Positions 12,101 through 26,213 of a stretch of DNA of 64,000 bases are shown here, piece after piece. The notes under the pieces are model-generated. The model did not search any database, was not told the DNA's origin, and worked only from the letters and a program-made list of their open reading frames with translations. The stretch covers positions 2,422,876 to 2,486,875 of the forward strand of contig CM119263.1 in NCBI GenBank assembly GCA_051294375.1, in the 5' to 3' direction. The translations under genes were made by a program, and so were the position numbers. The DNA is from Paraspadella gotoi. Lineage: Eukaryota > Animalia > Chaetognatha. How positions within the stretch are numbered: position 1 is the stretch's first letter; each line of letters opens with the position of its first letter.

Positions 12101-15100
12101 CTCTCCTCACTCATTTTGAGAGGAGGTAACGCCGCCTTATTAATAGCAATTCCTGCCATAATGCACTCCATCGATCAAACGTTTCACGTGCTCCGCCAAC
12201 ATGTGAAGACCTGACGCTCATAAACCTGAACCGCGAGAATTTGCTCAGGCACAAACACGCGTTTTTGAGGCACAACACAACAAACCACTAAGCACGACGT
12301 CCCTGAACGTGACGCAGAACATTGCCGGGGCGTTGAAAAAGAAACTACGATCTCACAGGCCGAGTTCATTGACTTCGCTTTTTTCATTTTTCTCTCACAC
12401 GTCCTATCGCTCACCTTAAACTTTATACTGTCCCTCCCCTGCCATAAGTACAAAAAGTTAAAAGTATGGTGTCACCAGAATCCGATCCGCGAAGTCTGAT
12501 ACATGCTCGCTGCAGAAGAACGGAACCCCCCAGAAGTATGCTAGAGCTCGGCTCGAGCGCGTAGCCGAGAACATTTTCTGAATTTGAACATTCTAATGCT
12601 ATCCGTCTTACAATTTACTATGGATTTCAATATGTTATAATATTAAGCCAGTAGTCATCGTTCATGCTGGTTAGCACAACCAGCTGTTTTCTGCCTTCTT
12701 TTTTTGCCCTATCAGTCTTACAATTTTATATGGCAAGTAAATATGTAATATTAATGTATGTACGTAGTCAATCGTCATGTTTGTTTAGGGAGGCCGTAGC
12801 GTTATGAGCAAGACTCGATACATAGCGGCCCAATTTGAATTAAATCGTAGCCCCCCCCCTTCAAGCGGGCGATCCTCCCGCAAACCCCGACATCGCCGTG
12901 CCGGTCTCCCGTCGCCAAACATCTATCGTCGCACGACCCTTTCTTGCGTCGGGACTATCTCTATTTGACGCCACTCGAAGGGGAGTCACAAATCCCTATC
13001 GTCCGCTCTGCTAACACGACTCTCAGTTTTTCACCGGCATAGTGATTCTCGTGGTGGAATCGATATTTGCGAGCGAAACTCTATCGCGGTAAGGTACGGA
13101 GGCGGGGGAGACCGGGGGAGACGTGTCGTGAGTGAGGAGGTTAAGAGCGTCTTAGTTTAAATGTTAGGAGTCAGCGCTGTCATGCGCATTTAGAACTCCA
13201 AATGTCAATTATTTTTGCCTTCCATCATTGTTAATTTGGAAAAGCAGTGGGAAACAAAAATTTAAAAGTGGCTGAAATGTTTTAGTTTATTCGCTTAAAC
13301 TAATTGCTTTATAGAAATTATGTAATTTCAAACAAAATTGGTATAAATTAGTTATTTCATTTTAATAAAAATCTGATACTATTCTTCATTCCACTTAATT
13401 CAGTGATAACATAATTGAAAATTAATTAAATCAATCATTATCTCCCCCTTATTCAGTGCGCCCCAAGATCCATTCGGATTCCACGCCTGACCATTATTCG
13501 TTGTTCTCACGCCTCCGTTCTCCCTTTGCTTCACGTGTCTCGCTCGGTAGCCTCTTTCCTCTAGAACCACGCCCACCGCCCTTCGCCGGCCCGGCCTTTC
13601 GCCCTGCGCATACCCGTGCACACCGAGCCGCTAGCGGGCAGGATCCGTAGGTAATATTGTCCGCGCGCTTACCGGTTCAATACCTATCCGAAACCTACCC
13701 TATGGCAAGCCGCTGAGGACGGCCCGTGCATACCATTGGGGGCGTAGCCCACCTACAAGCCAAGTACATAGGCACCACTGGACCCATCGACTCGCTTCCG
13801 TGCGCCGCCGCAGTACACTGGCCCAAAACACCTTGGAGAGCTATTTGGAAAAGGAGGTATGTTTTTCTGTAAAGAGTGGGGTCCCGTTCACTGTTCAAGC
13901 TGATATTCATTCTCTGTAAAACACGTCCTTCCCAAAAATCGATGATAGCAGGATAAGTTGCGGATAATCTTAAAAATCTCAGCTACCATTGCATTCATAA
14001 AACGAACTAAATCTCCAAATACTCCTTAAACGACGTCCTCCCTCATTTCCCCATAACTCAGGTCCGCTCGCTGACGTAGGTGCGCTTGCCTCTTCTATCT
14101 GACGTAAAGTAGTTCGCCTGGACATTCTCCTATATGAAGTACTGCGACCCCTTACCGCAGCCGCATCTCACCTTGAGCCGCCAGCGCCAAGCGACGAGGA
14201 GTAAAGCATCATTCACCCCATTGAGAAAATGAGGTAAGCATGATATTTTATGTAAGGTGAGAGAGCTAGAAAAGATGGCGTATTGGGAAGTATATTTAAG
14301 CTACAATCGCGTTCGAAGTAATTCTCACAGCCATAAGTCTCTTCAATATCATCCTTGTTAAAATGAAGAATAATACGCTAGCAACTAGAAAAATTGTAGC
14401 AATAAGAGGATTGAGAAGAGAGCTACTAAGAGATAAGAGAGGAGAATGAGAGTCACAGATGGACGGATTGCGAGTTCGTCTCGGAGTCTGCCTTCCGGTC
14501 GTTGACAGGGGAGTATTAACAGTCGGAAAGCGGAAGAGACTTTTGGACACTCACATAGGGGACCAGGCACAAAAATCTTGTACTTTTCTGGCGTCCCCAT
14601 AAACAATAGAATTTTAAACCTTTTACTTAGAACCCCACACCAACTCAAATTGGTTCATAATTGCCAGAATGGATATGGAACAGTTACTAGCCAGATAGCT
14701 GAATGACGCGGCTGACTATACAATCTCGCAGTTGTCATGCTCTCTGAGCCACGAAGCAGTGCTCATTTAAATGAAAACTAACAATGTGAGAAATAATATA
14801 AGCAAGTAAAGTACCTCTGTCCAATAAAGCAAACATGGCGAAGACAACCAAGTGAGCAACAAAGGTACGAAAGTGACCCACGCGCGGGAAATTAATCAGC
14901 CTCCTAGTAATCAGCCAAACATTATAAAATCACGGAGCGAGAGAGAAAGAGAGATGACCGAGAGGCACGCTGTCCGGAGTATTACCCAAGGACAAATATA
15001 CCTGAATAGAGTACCATTATATATTAATATGACTGTGTTTAGTGACAGAACCTCTGAGTGCGACGTCAGCTCTTGCAAACACAGACAGTGTAAGTGCCGC

Positions 15101-18100
15101 CACCCTCGTCTAACCTGCTCCGAGACTCACCGGAACTAGACCCCCGCTACTTTGATTGCGAAAATCGCCCTTCCCGCACCAATGCTGCCGCTGAAACCGA
15201 TGATCGAATGATACAACATATATCTTTCTCCATGCTCAATAAAATATACAAATTAGTAGCCGAACAACAGGTCGGTTCGTAACCGCTTATTACGAGCTTC
15301 GCTCGTTCTCGCTAAAAAATCATGACGAGTCATCGCCTTCGAAGAAAGCCCGACGAGGAGAAAAAAAAAACCTCGTAAAATCGCGAGAAAATCTCTGTTA
15401 TAAAAACAGTCCGCGAAAAAAATGGTTGGGGGCCGGGGTTTGCCGGGCTCTCTTTGGACACGGGGGGGAGAGGAATCCGAGTGAAACAAAGGAAACAAGA
15501 CGACTGTTTGAAACATTGCACTTAAACGAGAAAAAAATGAGAGAAAAAAATGTCCGCGTTTCATGAGAATTCCGTTTAAAAACTTGAAAAGATAAAGAAA
15601 TCGGCAATCGTTACGAGAGAAGAGAGAGAAGAGAAGAGAGATGAGCTAGAGAGAGGGGAGAGGAAGGAGTGGAGGGAGCAGAGAGGGAGAGAGCGTTCTT
15701 TTATGACGTTCCCGTTATCCATTATTAAATTACTAATTTGTAATTTAAATAAATAAACGTCCATCCCTCTTTCTATTTTCTTTTTCGTTCTCTCTTCTTA
15801 TTTTCCCTCTCCCTAATTCTCTCTCCTCTCAACTCATCTCTCTCTCTCTTCTACTCTCTCTCGTCTCTCATCCTCTCTACTCTCTCTCATCTCTCATCTC
15901 ACTCTCTCTCTCTCTCCTCTGCCACTTAACTTCTTCCCTCCATAGTATCGATCCACCTTTTTCTTCTTGCCCACTTATTATCTGTTAGCTAAGCGACGAC
16001 ACGCAAACCTTTTTCCAGTTTCCGCGCGTTTTTCTTTTCACTATCTTTACTAATTTTTAAAACTATTTTCCTTTTTTTTTCTTTATTTATCTGGAATTTT
16101 ATTACATTTTAATTTTCTTTTCTTTCCTTTTTATTTTCTTCTTTTTCTTTTTATTTTCTTTTTCCTTTTTATTTTCTTCTTTCCTTGTTAGTTATTCTTT
16201 CTTTCTAATTTTATATTTCTTCTTTCCTTTTTATTTTCTTCTTTCCTTTTTTATTTTCTCTTTCCTTTTTTTTCCTTTTTTTCCTTTTTCTTATCTTCTT
16301 TTCCTTTTTATTTTTTCATTTCTTTTTTACTACTCTATACACACATTCTTCTATTTTCTTACTTTCAAACTTTTTTAGCCAACCACATATTTCCAACAAG
16401 TCCTTCCATTTCAGACTCTATATTTCAAAATTACAGTTAGTCTTTCAAGCTCTTTAACCTAAAGATATAGAACTATTAAACCGGGTTAGGGGAAAGTTTA
16501 GCTTAGGTTAGCGCATTAGGATTTAGTATTATAGCGATTAGAGTTAAGCGACTGGCGTTAAAATTATATCGGTTTACAGATTTCTATAGTTAAATATTTA
16601 GATATAAAACTAAGTTTCAGGGAATAAGCCATAAATAAGTCGTTTTAAGAAAATAGCGCCCAACTTTTTCTTCTTTCCAGTGTTCCCGTATCGAACGGCC
16701 CTCCACGTACTACCCAGCGCAGAACGCTCATCCACTTCCCCTCTCACCCACGCTAACAAATAGCACCCCTCGCACACGCCTATTCGCTCTTTTGTTTCCC
16801 GCCAAAAAGCGGTTACGCCCCAAAGTCCCTACTTTGGCGCGAAGGAACAAGGGAAGACGCCGAAAGCGAAAGGCGTCGGCGTTGGGTACGCGACGGCGGG
16901 GGGGGTGGATCTGCCGGGCGCGTAAGTTAGTGAGCCTCGTCTATATCAGTAGATCGGGTTAAGTTGCCAGATGGAGAGTAAGTTGCGTCGAAGCATAGTG
17001 AGAAGCTGAGTCAACTGAAAAATACAGGGTTTGAGCGGATGGATTGTTTTATGGGGTTGATTTCGAGCTGTGAGTAGTAGAAGCATGATTTAAAATGAAT
17101 GACGCTATCATGTGACGTGATTCCTTAACGATCGTATGCGATTAAACATGAGTGGTAGTTCGATCCGCTTATGCAAGGCCTGATTAGAGGCAATGAAGGC
17201 AACGAAAGTCTCATCCGGGCACTCCTTTGACATCACTTCTCATCCGACGGTCATTAATCACATAACCGGCTTGTCTCTTTGACCTCGCGAGTCTCACCTC
17301 GACTCGATCTCGCCGCCGTGGGCCCGAAACCGAAAATCTAATAATCGCGTCCCTTTATTTTTTTTTCATTTCCGTTATAATAGGGGTAGCCCCATTCAAT
17401 GGGGTGAGTTTTAAAAATTTAGAATTATTACATGCTCAACGCAAAAATTTTATACATTTTGAAGCTATAACTTTCAAACTAGCGCACAAAAACACTATTC
17501 TTAATGTGGCTCTATTACCCAAATAATTAATATTCTTTAATATTATTTATAAATAGGAAAAGAGCCAAATTTTTTTTCAGAATTTTTAAATTTTAAGACC
17601 AGCATTCAGCAAAGCTCATAAAAAAGTGTACTTACACAAAGTTATAATTTCTTTTTTAAACTATTTTTCATGTTAAGTGAGTCAAAATAAGAAAACCTTT
17701 AAAAATCATCATCATGCATCATCTTTCGATAATTTTATCCCAGTTTTTTTTTAGTTTTTTCACATAGAAAAACGTAAGAATTTTTAAAAAGCTGAATTAT
17801 ATTTCTTGTTTTAACTTATGCTCTATCAGTAATTCCATCAAAAAAATTTTAAGATTTTCAAAAAAAATTTTATAAATGTAAAAAAAGGACAAGTAATATT
17901 TAATGTTATTAATACAAATACGTATAATGCTAAATTTTTTTTGAAAATGATTGCCTTAAATATTTAGTCAACGACAACCTAAAAATACTTTGCTAATTAG
18001 CGAAATTTTATATTTATTTTCTGGAGTTGTGTCCCTATTAAAATTATATATCGACTCTTTTTTTTCTTATTTTTCTTTAGTCGCTTGAAACTCGGAATCT

Positions 18101-19679
18101 AAAAGTCACTCTCGGTCAGTCCGCGTTTCCGTCCGTTCCGCCGTCCGTCCTTCCGAAATTAGGCAGATAAATTATTATTTTAATCTCGTTTCTCCCTCAC
18201 TTTCCTCTCTGCTTTTCATTTTCCCCTTCTCCTTCTCTTCCTTTCCTTCCTTATTATCTCCTCCTTTCCTTTTCTACTTCTATATGTCCTCCCCCCACCG
18301 CCTCCCAGGCACCTGTCTCCCACCAAAGATGGCGAACCTTGACATCCTCCGAGCTGGCGCATCGTCTTCTGGCGCTGCGTCATTGAGCGGGCCCCTTTCT
18401 CTCGATGCTGTTCAAGGAACTCGGGCATAAACGTTTTCGGGGCATTCTGTCTTCTGCTACGGAACATATTCATCATCCAACCGTCTCTCCGTCAGATGCT
18501 TTCAACCACATTTTCTCGCAAAGCGTGGAGCTTCCAGTGGTCGGATCCGCGCTTAAATTCAATGTATAAGTTAGTTTTTAGTTAATTTAGTTAGTTCGGA
18601 GAGGTTTAACGGGGTTAATGAAGGTAAGGTAAAATTGCTGAGTTTAAAAATAAAGGAATAAGGAACAGAATGGAGCGTTTTAGAAAAGTGCCTGGATTTC
18701 TTTGTCGTCGTCTAGTTCGTGTTGTTGACTCACGCTGGGCCAAGGCGCGTCATTGTTCTTCGGGTGGCGACGCTTCTACCGAAATCTGCAAGACATGAGG
18801 CCCTCGATTGTTAAATATTCCAAGTTGGCGGTGGTTTTAGGTTGTTGGTGTTTAGCAGTAGTGTAGTATTTGTAGTGTGAATAGTGTGATTGTGTGAATT
18901 GCGGGTTTGTGAGGGTCCATCGCCATCGCGCGAAAAAAGTGTCCCCTCGATGTGACTGCGGGATTTACGCTGCAGAACAGGATGCAATTGCAGGGATCAT
19001 CTCTGCTAGACTTAACAAGCGGAATGAGAGAGAGAACGATGACGTTTGTGAGATTTATATCCATCGTTCTAATTTCAAGTGTTAAAGAGTTGCGCAATTT
19101 ATATATCAAATTAGATACAACCAATATAAAAAATATTCCATTATTAATAAATAAAGGCTATTTGGCCCTGACTTCTGACAGGAAACAAGATACAAGATAA
19201 TAAATCGCAAAGCTTTCATCAAAACTCTCCACAGTTTAGTATTATCACTCCCAGAGTTCCTAACTGGTATTGTAGTGCCTTCGAAACATTATGAATGTTT
19301 CAACAAAGAAATGTTTTTTAATTTAAAATAACTTGTATTAAAAACTTGTTAGAAAATAACCATAAGTTAGAAGTTAAAGGGATGGTTTTATAGATTTGTT
19401 TTTTTTTTTGTAGTTGAAAAAGAAATTTGAGTTGATTTCTTTTCTTGTTCGCAACGTAAGAAAACAAATCTTCCTCTTTTCAAAAGAAAAAAAAAAAAAA
19501 AAAAAAGGAAAGAAAAAAACCAACAGGAGAATAAATTGGCTTTGGGGAAACAAATTCTTTGTTTTTCTCTTTTACAAGCGAAGATTGATGAAAAACAAAT
19601 GGATGATTTGCATGTTGCCTTCGGGTTGCGCTCTCCTTGCCCTCACCTCCGCAGTGGGGGTGCCTCTACTGGAGAGGGA

Positions 19680-19749
<70 letters not shown>

Positions 19750-19761
19750 CAGTGAAAGAAA

Positions 19762-19799
<38 letters not shown>

Positions 19800-19800
19800 T
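7507..19800 (+). other. Indel-rich inverted copy of about 23305-33274; probable long-read gap-fill artefact
   Basis: 7507 aatatacagaagaaaattaaatttagaat is the reverse complement of about 33246-33274. Collinear homology continues to the AG tract near 19800. It starts at a 25-N gap and differences are dominated by scattered single-base insertions. Confidence 0.9.
12866..18523 (+). pseudogene. Frameshifted inverted copies of TMTC2-like exons 2-6 (about 12866-13088, 13457-13650, 14062-14200, 16681-16921, 18309-18523); most likely artefactual
   Basis: Recognisable exon sequence (e.g. gggagtcacaaatccctatcgtccgctctgc, cccgtgcacaccgag, gttcaaggaactcgggcat) with many indels, in order and with the introns retained. 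Confidence 0.75.
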
Positions 19801-19961
19801 AATTATTTATTTAGGACAGTTTTATGCCTACCGTGAATGTCAAGGATACATATAATCATTAATTATAATTATATAATTATATAATCATTAGTCATTCTCA
19901 TTTTCCATTAAACTCGTTTTTCTCTCATCAATTTTCTCAATTTTTCGACCTCGAAACTTAC

Positions 19962-20112
19962 CTTCGATTCGAAGCTGCGATCCTTTGTTTATAGTTCGTT
20001 GCCAAGGAAAGGCGGCGTCGAAGAATCGGTTGTCGATGACGGGGAAAATGTGACGCCGGGCGCAGAGACAAACGGGTGGGCGTGGCGAGGCGGCGTCTTC
20101 GCCGTAGTTGAT
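19962..20112 (-). CDS. TMTC2: TMTC2-like exon 10 (non-conserved loop after DUF1736)
   Basis: Strong sites ctttttcttccatcag| and AG|gtaagt around a GC-rich island; phase 0 in reads INYGEDAASPRPPVCLCARRHIFPVIDNRFFDAAFPWQRTINKGSQLRIE; no recognised homology. Confidence 0.65.
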
Positions 20113-22104
20113 CTGATGGAAGAAAAAGAGGAGAAAGAAAATAGAGTTTGTGAGGAATCATGTAGAACGAAAAAAAAGAGGGAAATTCTAATATTAATAA
20201 TAAAAAATAATAAAAAATTATAAGCGACTATTTTTTCTTGCAACGCTGTTCTTAAGCCAAAGAGATCCGCCCAATAAAATTTCGCCGCGTTTGCAGAATA
20301 AGTCGTGGAAAGAATGAATTTGGGGGGGGCGAGGGGGGGCGAGCAATTCCGCCGATTCGCGAAATTACTATCAATGCCGATCTATAAATAGAAAAGAAAG
20401 AAAGAATCTTTGGCAAAGAAGACAATTTGTTATTGTTGTTTCATGTTTACGTTGTTAAAAAATGTTGAATTAAAACTAAAATGACAAGAAAAGTAGAGCA
20501 TCGATTGATTTTTTTTATATATTTAATCATACTTAATTATACTAAAAAGATATATTAATTTTTATATTTGTTATATATTTGTTAAATAGGTATTTGTCTT
20601 TTGCGTGTTATTTGTGGTAGTTTGATGACCAGATGCGATGGTCACTGTCGTGTACTGACAAGACTCTCTCTCTCTAAAAAAGAATGACAGTCGAGTCTGT
20701 TTCGTTGTCTTGAGAAAGTCCAGGTGGCGGTGAAAGCCGAATAAAGCGTCGCTATGGAAACGAATGGACGCGAATTAAAAACTGTCAGACGCAGCGGAGA
20801 GGAGATTGAGAGGAGGGGGGGAAGGGGGGGGAAGGGGGGGAAAGGGGGGAGGGAGGGGAAGAAGATAAATGAAGAAAGATAACATAGAATAGAATATACT
20901 TATAAATAAAACCAAATAAAAAAGATTTACAAAATGAAAAAAATATTGAAAAAATGTAAATTTGCCTAAAAAAAAAGTATAGGAGTCTACGTCGTTCTTA
21001 GAGATCGAGGAAGACTTTTTCAATGGAGATTTTCGTTCAAATCTGACTACCAAACAATATAAACGCTCTTGGTAAAAATTCTGGTAAAATATCGATGTAA
21101 AAACACTTGATTCCGATCCTGTTGCATCTGAAGGGCTCGCATTTTTTTTCTCTTGTCAAATCATAAACATCTTGATATCAAACAAGCCAGAACAAATAGA
21201 CTGCTTCTGGACGAAAAAAATTTCCATCTCTGATTTTATATAGAAATGAAAGGGATTTTTTTCCTTGAAAACAATATAAACGTGACTGAGGTATGTTCCT
21301 GTTCAACAAATGAGGTCCAATTTTGGAATCCTTTGGCAAAGTGTCTGAAGGGCTCTCAAAATTTTTCTTTACATTTTATTAGGTTATTTTGATATGATAC
21401 GATCATGGTAAAGTGAATTAGTCCATTTTGGTGAAATTTTTATTTAAAGTAAAAGTAAAAGAGGAGCTAACGATCGGAATTCTAAGAGTTTTCAACCGGG
21501 AGTCAGATTCGGCAAAAATCTTCTATGGCGAAAATCTTCCAAAGAAGGGGTGAATTTTCCAAAGATTTTGGTTAATATTTTCTATATTTATGGTCGGATT
21601 TTTTTTAAACTTAATATTAACAATATTGCCATCATTCTACCTTGGCCGGTATAAGAATATATTAAAAAAACCTCGGGCTTTGTTCGTCAGAGCTTAGTCC
21701 TAAAAAGTATCTTTTTGAACATTTTTTCGTTGTTTTTGAAAAAAATTTTTCACTCTATATTTTTTTGTAATATGTAAACCTAAACCATTTTAGGTATTTC
21801 ATTCCAAATTTTCTTTCTCAGATATGCGGTCGACTAAGCGAAGCGTTTCAATCGGATGGGTTTATCCGAATGTAACAGGCTCAAACAGTTGTAACAGATG
21901 CAACAGTTCAAACAGTGCTAACAGTTCGGAAACAATAAAGGTAAAGTAGAGACGAAGACTTTGACGCCAACGCTTTGACTCCTCATCAAAGGAAGGAACT
22001 AATTGGTTCCGCAGGCAAGCGCTTTCGGGTTACGGGACGGAAGCCCTCTTTACGATCCACGCCCGGGAACAAAGCGCCCGTTGTTAAACGCAATGCCGCT
22101 CGAT

Positions 22105-22162
22105 CATGCCGCTCGACAACGCCGCTCGACTACGCCGCTCGACTACGCCGCTCGACTACGCG
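22105..22162. repeat. 13-bp tandem repeat CGCCGCTCGACTA, about 4 copies
   Basis: Direct reading. Confidence 0.8.
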
Positions 22163-22659
22163 GTTTGACGAGGCTGTGCTCGATTTCGCAACCACAATCA
22201 CAATTACCTTATAACTTTATAAATATCTTAAGTTAGAATTACGTCATAGTTATAAATGATGTCATGAAATAATAATTTATCAGGAGTTGAATTTCAACTT
22301 GAAAATAATATAAGTTTGATATTTTAAACTTTGAATTAGTATATATTATGATTTGAAAATATGCCACGATTAAAATAAAAATTATATCTTGGATTAAAAT
22401 CAGTTAAAAACTCAATTTTCAAGAATTATGTTATAGATATTTGTCAAGTAAGTTTATAATAATTTAGATTGATTATCTGATGAGATGAATGAATGTGGGT
22501 AGGAGTGGTTTCATTTTCTATCTCCTCTTTCCCTTCTCTTCCCTTCTTCCCTTACTCTCCCTTCTTCCTCCGTTCCCCTTTCTATCCATTACTCCCCTCT
22601 ACTCCTTTGATATCTATCTCCCTCCCTTCCCTTCCCTTACTTTCCCGCTCAGAACCCAC

Positions 22660-22804
22660 CTCGCCGGTTCCGTTCGCCTCCTTTTGCGAAGATTTAATGT
22701 TATCCAAGTAGGAAGTGAGAGTTGAACTGGCCTTCCACCAGGTTCGCAGGGCCGAGTATCCCAACCATGAGTAAAATATCACAGACAAAAGGTTCCTTTG
22801 GTCC
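22660..22804 (-). CDS. TMTC2: TMTC2-like exon 9
   Basis: ttttctccag|G GAC...GAG|gtgggt; (K)DQRNLLSVIFYSWLGYSALRTWWK... matches the D.RNL....FY motif that ends DUF1736. Confidence 0.88.
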
Positions 22805-22906
22805 CTGGAGAAAAAAAAACGGGGGAAACCCATGGAAGTGAAATAAAGGATGACAACGTTAAAAGCGTTAATAATGTATGTAATTAAAAACATCCTTTAT
22901 TATTAC

Positions 22907-22991
22907 TTGAACATTCTGAGGAGAGGGACGGCATCCATGGACCAGTCGAAGGAAAGAGTCTTTGGGAAGAGAAGGAGTCCCATGTTGAAAA
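22907..22991 (-). CDS. TMTC2: TMTC2-like exon 8 (DUF1736)
   Basis: aatattcag|TT...AA|gtaata; (V)FNMGLLLFPKTLSFDWSMDAVPLLRMF contains the TMTC2 TLSFDWSMDAVPLL motif. Confidence 0.95.
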
Positions 22992-23070
22992 CTGAATATT
23001 AATTATATATATTAATTAATTTCAATGTATAGTTTTAATTAAACAATACGTCCATCTTTTGTTATCTAAC

Positions 23071-23248
23071 CGGGTAAGTAAAGGTAAGTGAGCGTCCTGA
23101 CTTGAGCGCTGGGGTCGTGGGCGGCGGGATTGTCGGATGCAGCGAACTCTGGCGTCTTGAATCCCATGAGCCAGATGCGGAGGAGTAGGAGGGAGATGCA
23201 AGAAGCGACGAGGACGAGCAGCCCCTCGCGGAGATGAGATAAACAATC
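23071..23248 (-). CDS. TMTC2: TMTC2-like exon 7 (TM helix and start of DUF1736)
   Basis: ttactcag|GAT...CCC G|gttaga; ...LLLRIWLMGFKTPEFAASDNPAAHDPSAQVRTLTYLYLP (P.F..SDNPAA......RTLT..YLP motif). This frame is not in the supplied ORF track. Confidence 0.93.
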
Positions 23249-23307
23249 CTGAGTAACAAGAGAACAATGGAAGGATGAAGCGAGAGAGGAAACTCTCGCT
23301 CTTGCTT

Positions 23308-23353
<46 letters not shown>

Positions 23354-23376
23354 TTCCTTTCCTTTCTTTCACTGTA

Positions 23377-23449
<73 letters not shown>

Positions 23450-24726
23450 CCTCTCTCTCTCCTCTCTCTCTTCTCCTTTCAACAGTAGAGGCACCCCCCA
23501 CTGCGGAGGTGAGGGCAAGGAGAGCGCACCCGAAGCAGCAACATGCAAATCATCCATTTTGTTTTCCATCAATCTTCGCTTGTAAAAGAGAAAAACAAAG
23601 AATTTGTTTCCCAAAACCANNNNNNNNNNNNNNNNNNNNNNNNNNNNNNNNNNNNNNNNNNNNNNNNNNNNNNNNNNNNNNNNNNNNNNNNNNNNNNNNN
23701 NNNNNNNNNNNNNNNNNNNNNNNNNNNNNNNNNNNNNNNNNNNNNNNNNNNNNNNNNNNNNNNNNNNNNNNNNNNNNNNNNNNNNNNNTTTTGAAAGGAG
23801 GAAGATTTTTTCTTCTTACGTTCGCGACAAGAAAAGAAATCAACTCAAATTTCTTTTTCAAACAAAAAAAACCAAATCTTACATCTTACTCTATTTGGTA
23901 TAACAAGTTTTTTATACAAGTTTTTATAAAATTAAAACATTCTGTGAAACATTAATAATGTTTCGAAGCACTACATACCAGTGATAGGGAAGCTCTGGGA
24001 GTGAATAAACTAAACTGTGAGAGAGTTTTGATTGAAAGCTTGCGATGTTATTATCTTGTATCTTGTATCCTGTCAGAAGTCAGGGCCAAAATAGCTTATT
24101 TATTAAATAAATGAATAATTTTTATATTGGTTGTACTAATTTGATATAATAAATATGCCAACTATTTAAACTTGAAATTAGAAACGATGCGAATATAAAT
24201 CCACAACGTCATCGTTCTCATCTCTTCATTCCGCTTGTTAAGTCAGCGCAGATGATCCACCTGCAATGCATCTGTTCCTGCAGCGTAGATCCCGCAGTCA
24301 CATCGAGGGGACCACTTTTTCGGCGATGGCGATGGACCCTCACAAACACCCAATTCACAATCACCCTATTCACACCTACAACTACCTACAACTACCTAAA
24401 ACAACCAACAACCTAAAACCACCGCCAACGTTTGGAATATTTAAATCGAGGCTCTGATCTGCAATTTCGTAGAAGCGTCGCCACCCGAAACAATGACGCG
24501 CCTTGGCCCAGCGGAGTTCAAAACAAACACGGAACTAGACGCACGACAAAGAATCCAGGCACTCTTTTCTAAAAGCGCTCCATTTCTGTTCCTTATTCCT
24601 TTAATTTTTAAACTCAGCATTTTACCTTACCTTCATTAACCCCGTAAACCTCTCCGAACTAAACTAAATTAACTAAAAACTAACTTAACATTGAATTTAA
24701 GCCGGAATCCGACCCACTGGACTCAC

Positions 24727-24925
24727 CTTGGAGAAAATGTGGTAGAAGCATCTGACGGAGAGACGGTGGATGATGAATATGTCGTAGAGAAGACAGATGC
24801 CGAAAACGGTGATGCCGAGTTCCTTGAACAGCATCGAGAGAAGGCCGCTCAAGACGCAGCCGGCCAAGAAGACGATGCGCCACTCGGCGGATGTCAAAGG
24901 TCGCCATCTTTGGTGGAGACAGGTG
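24727..24925 (-). CDS. TMTC2: TMTC2-like exon 6
   Basis: cctcccag|C...AAG|gtgagt; ...LSGLLSMLFKELGITVFGICLLYDIFIIHRL (SML.KE.GITV....YD motif). Confidence 0.93.
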
Positions 24926-26213
24926 CTGGGAGGCGGTGGGGGAGGACATATAAAGTAGAAAGGAAAGGAGGAGATAATAAGGAAGGAAAGGAAGAGAAGG
25001 AGAGGGGAAAAGAAAAGCAGAGAAGGAAAGTGAGGGAGAAACGAGATTAAAATAATAATTATCTGCTAATCGGAAGGACGGACGGACGGACGGACGGAAA
25101 GACGGACTGACCGAGAAAGTGACTTTTAGATTCGAGTTTCAAGCGACTAAAAGAAAATAAGAAAAAAAAAGTCGATATATAATTTATAACTAGGGACCAA
25201 CTCCAGAAATAATATAAAATTTCGACTATTAGCAAAGTATTTTTAGTTGTCTTGACTAAATATTTAAGCAATCATTTTCAAAAAAAATTTACATTATACG
25301 TTTTGATTAATACATTAAATATTACTTGTCTTTTTTTACATTATAAAATTTTTTTTTTGAAATCTTAAAATTTTTTGATGGATTCTGATAGAGCATAAAA
25401 AGTTAAACAAGAAATATAATTACAGCTTTTAAAAATTCTTACGTTTTCTATGTGAAAATAAAAAAAAACTGATAAAATTATCGAAAGATGATGATGATGA
25501 TGATTTTTTAAGGTTTTTCTTATTTTTGACTCACTTAACATGAAAATATTTAAAAAAGAATTATACTTTGTGTAGACAACTTTTTATGAGCTATCTGAAT
25601 CTGGTCTTAAAATTTAAAAATTCTGAAAAAAAATTTTGGCCTTTCCTATTTATAAATAAATATTAAAAAATTAATTATTTGGGTATAGAGCCACATAAGA
25701 AATGTTTTGTCCATTGAAAGTATACTTCAAAATGTATAAATTTTCGTTTGAGCATGTAATAATTCTAAATTTTTAACTCACCCCATTGAATGGGGCTACC
25801 CCTATTATAACGAAATGAAAAAAAAATAAAGGAAACGCGATTATTAGATTTTCGGTTTCGCCCACGCGAATCGAGTCGAGGTGAGACTCGCGAGGTCAAA
25901 GAGACCCGGATGTGATTAATGACCCGGATGAGAGTGATGTCAAAGAGTCCCGGATGAGACTTTCGTTGCCTTTCATTGCCTCTAATCACCTTGCATCAAC
26001 GAATCAACTCCACTCATGTTTAATCGCATACGATCGTTAACAATCACGTCACATGATCGTCATTCATTTTAAATCATCTCTACTACTCACCTCGAATCAC
26101 CCACAATCACCCTCAACCCATTTTCAAGTTGACTCACTTCTCACATCTTCGACCAACTTACTCTCCAAATCTGCACTTACCCGATCAACTGATATAGACG
26201 CTCAACAACTTAC

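Noticed and set aside
12866-18523. A second functional TMTC paralogue on the plus strand
   Set aside because: Every exon copy is frameshifted, and the error pattern and 25-N boundary point to an assembly artefact.
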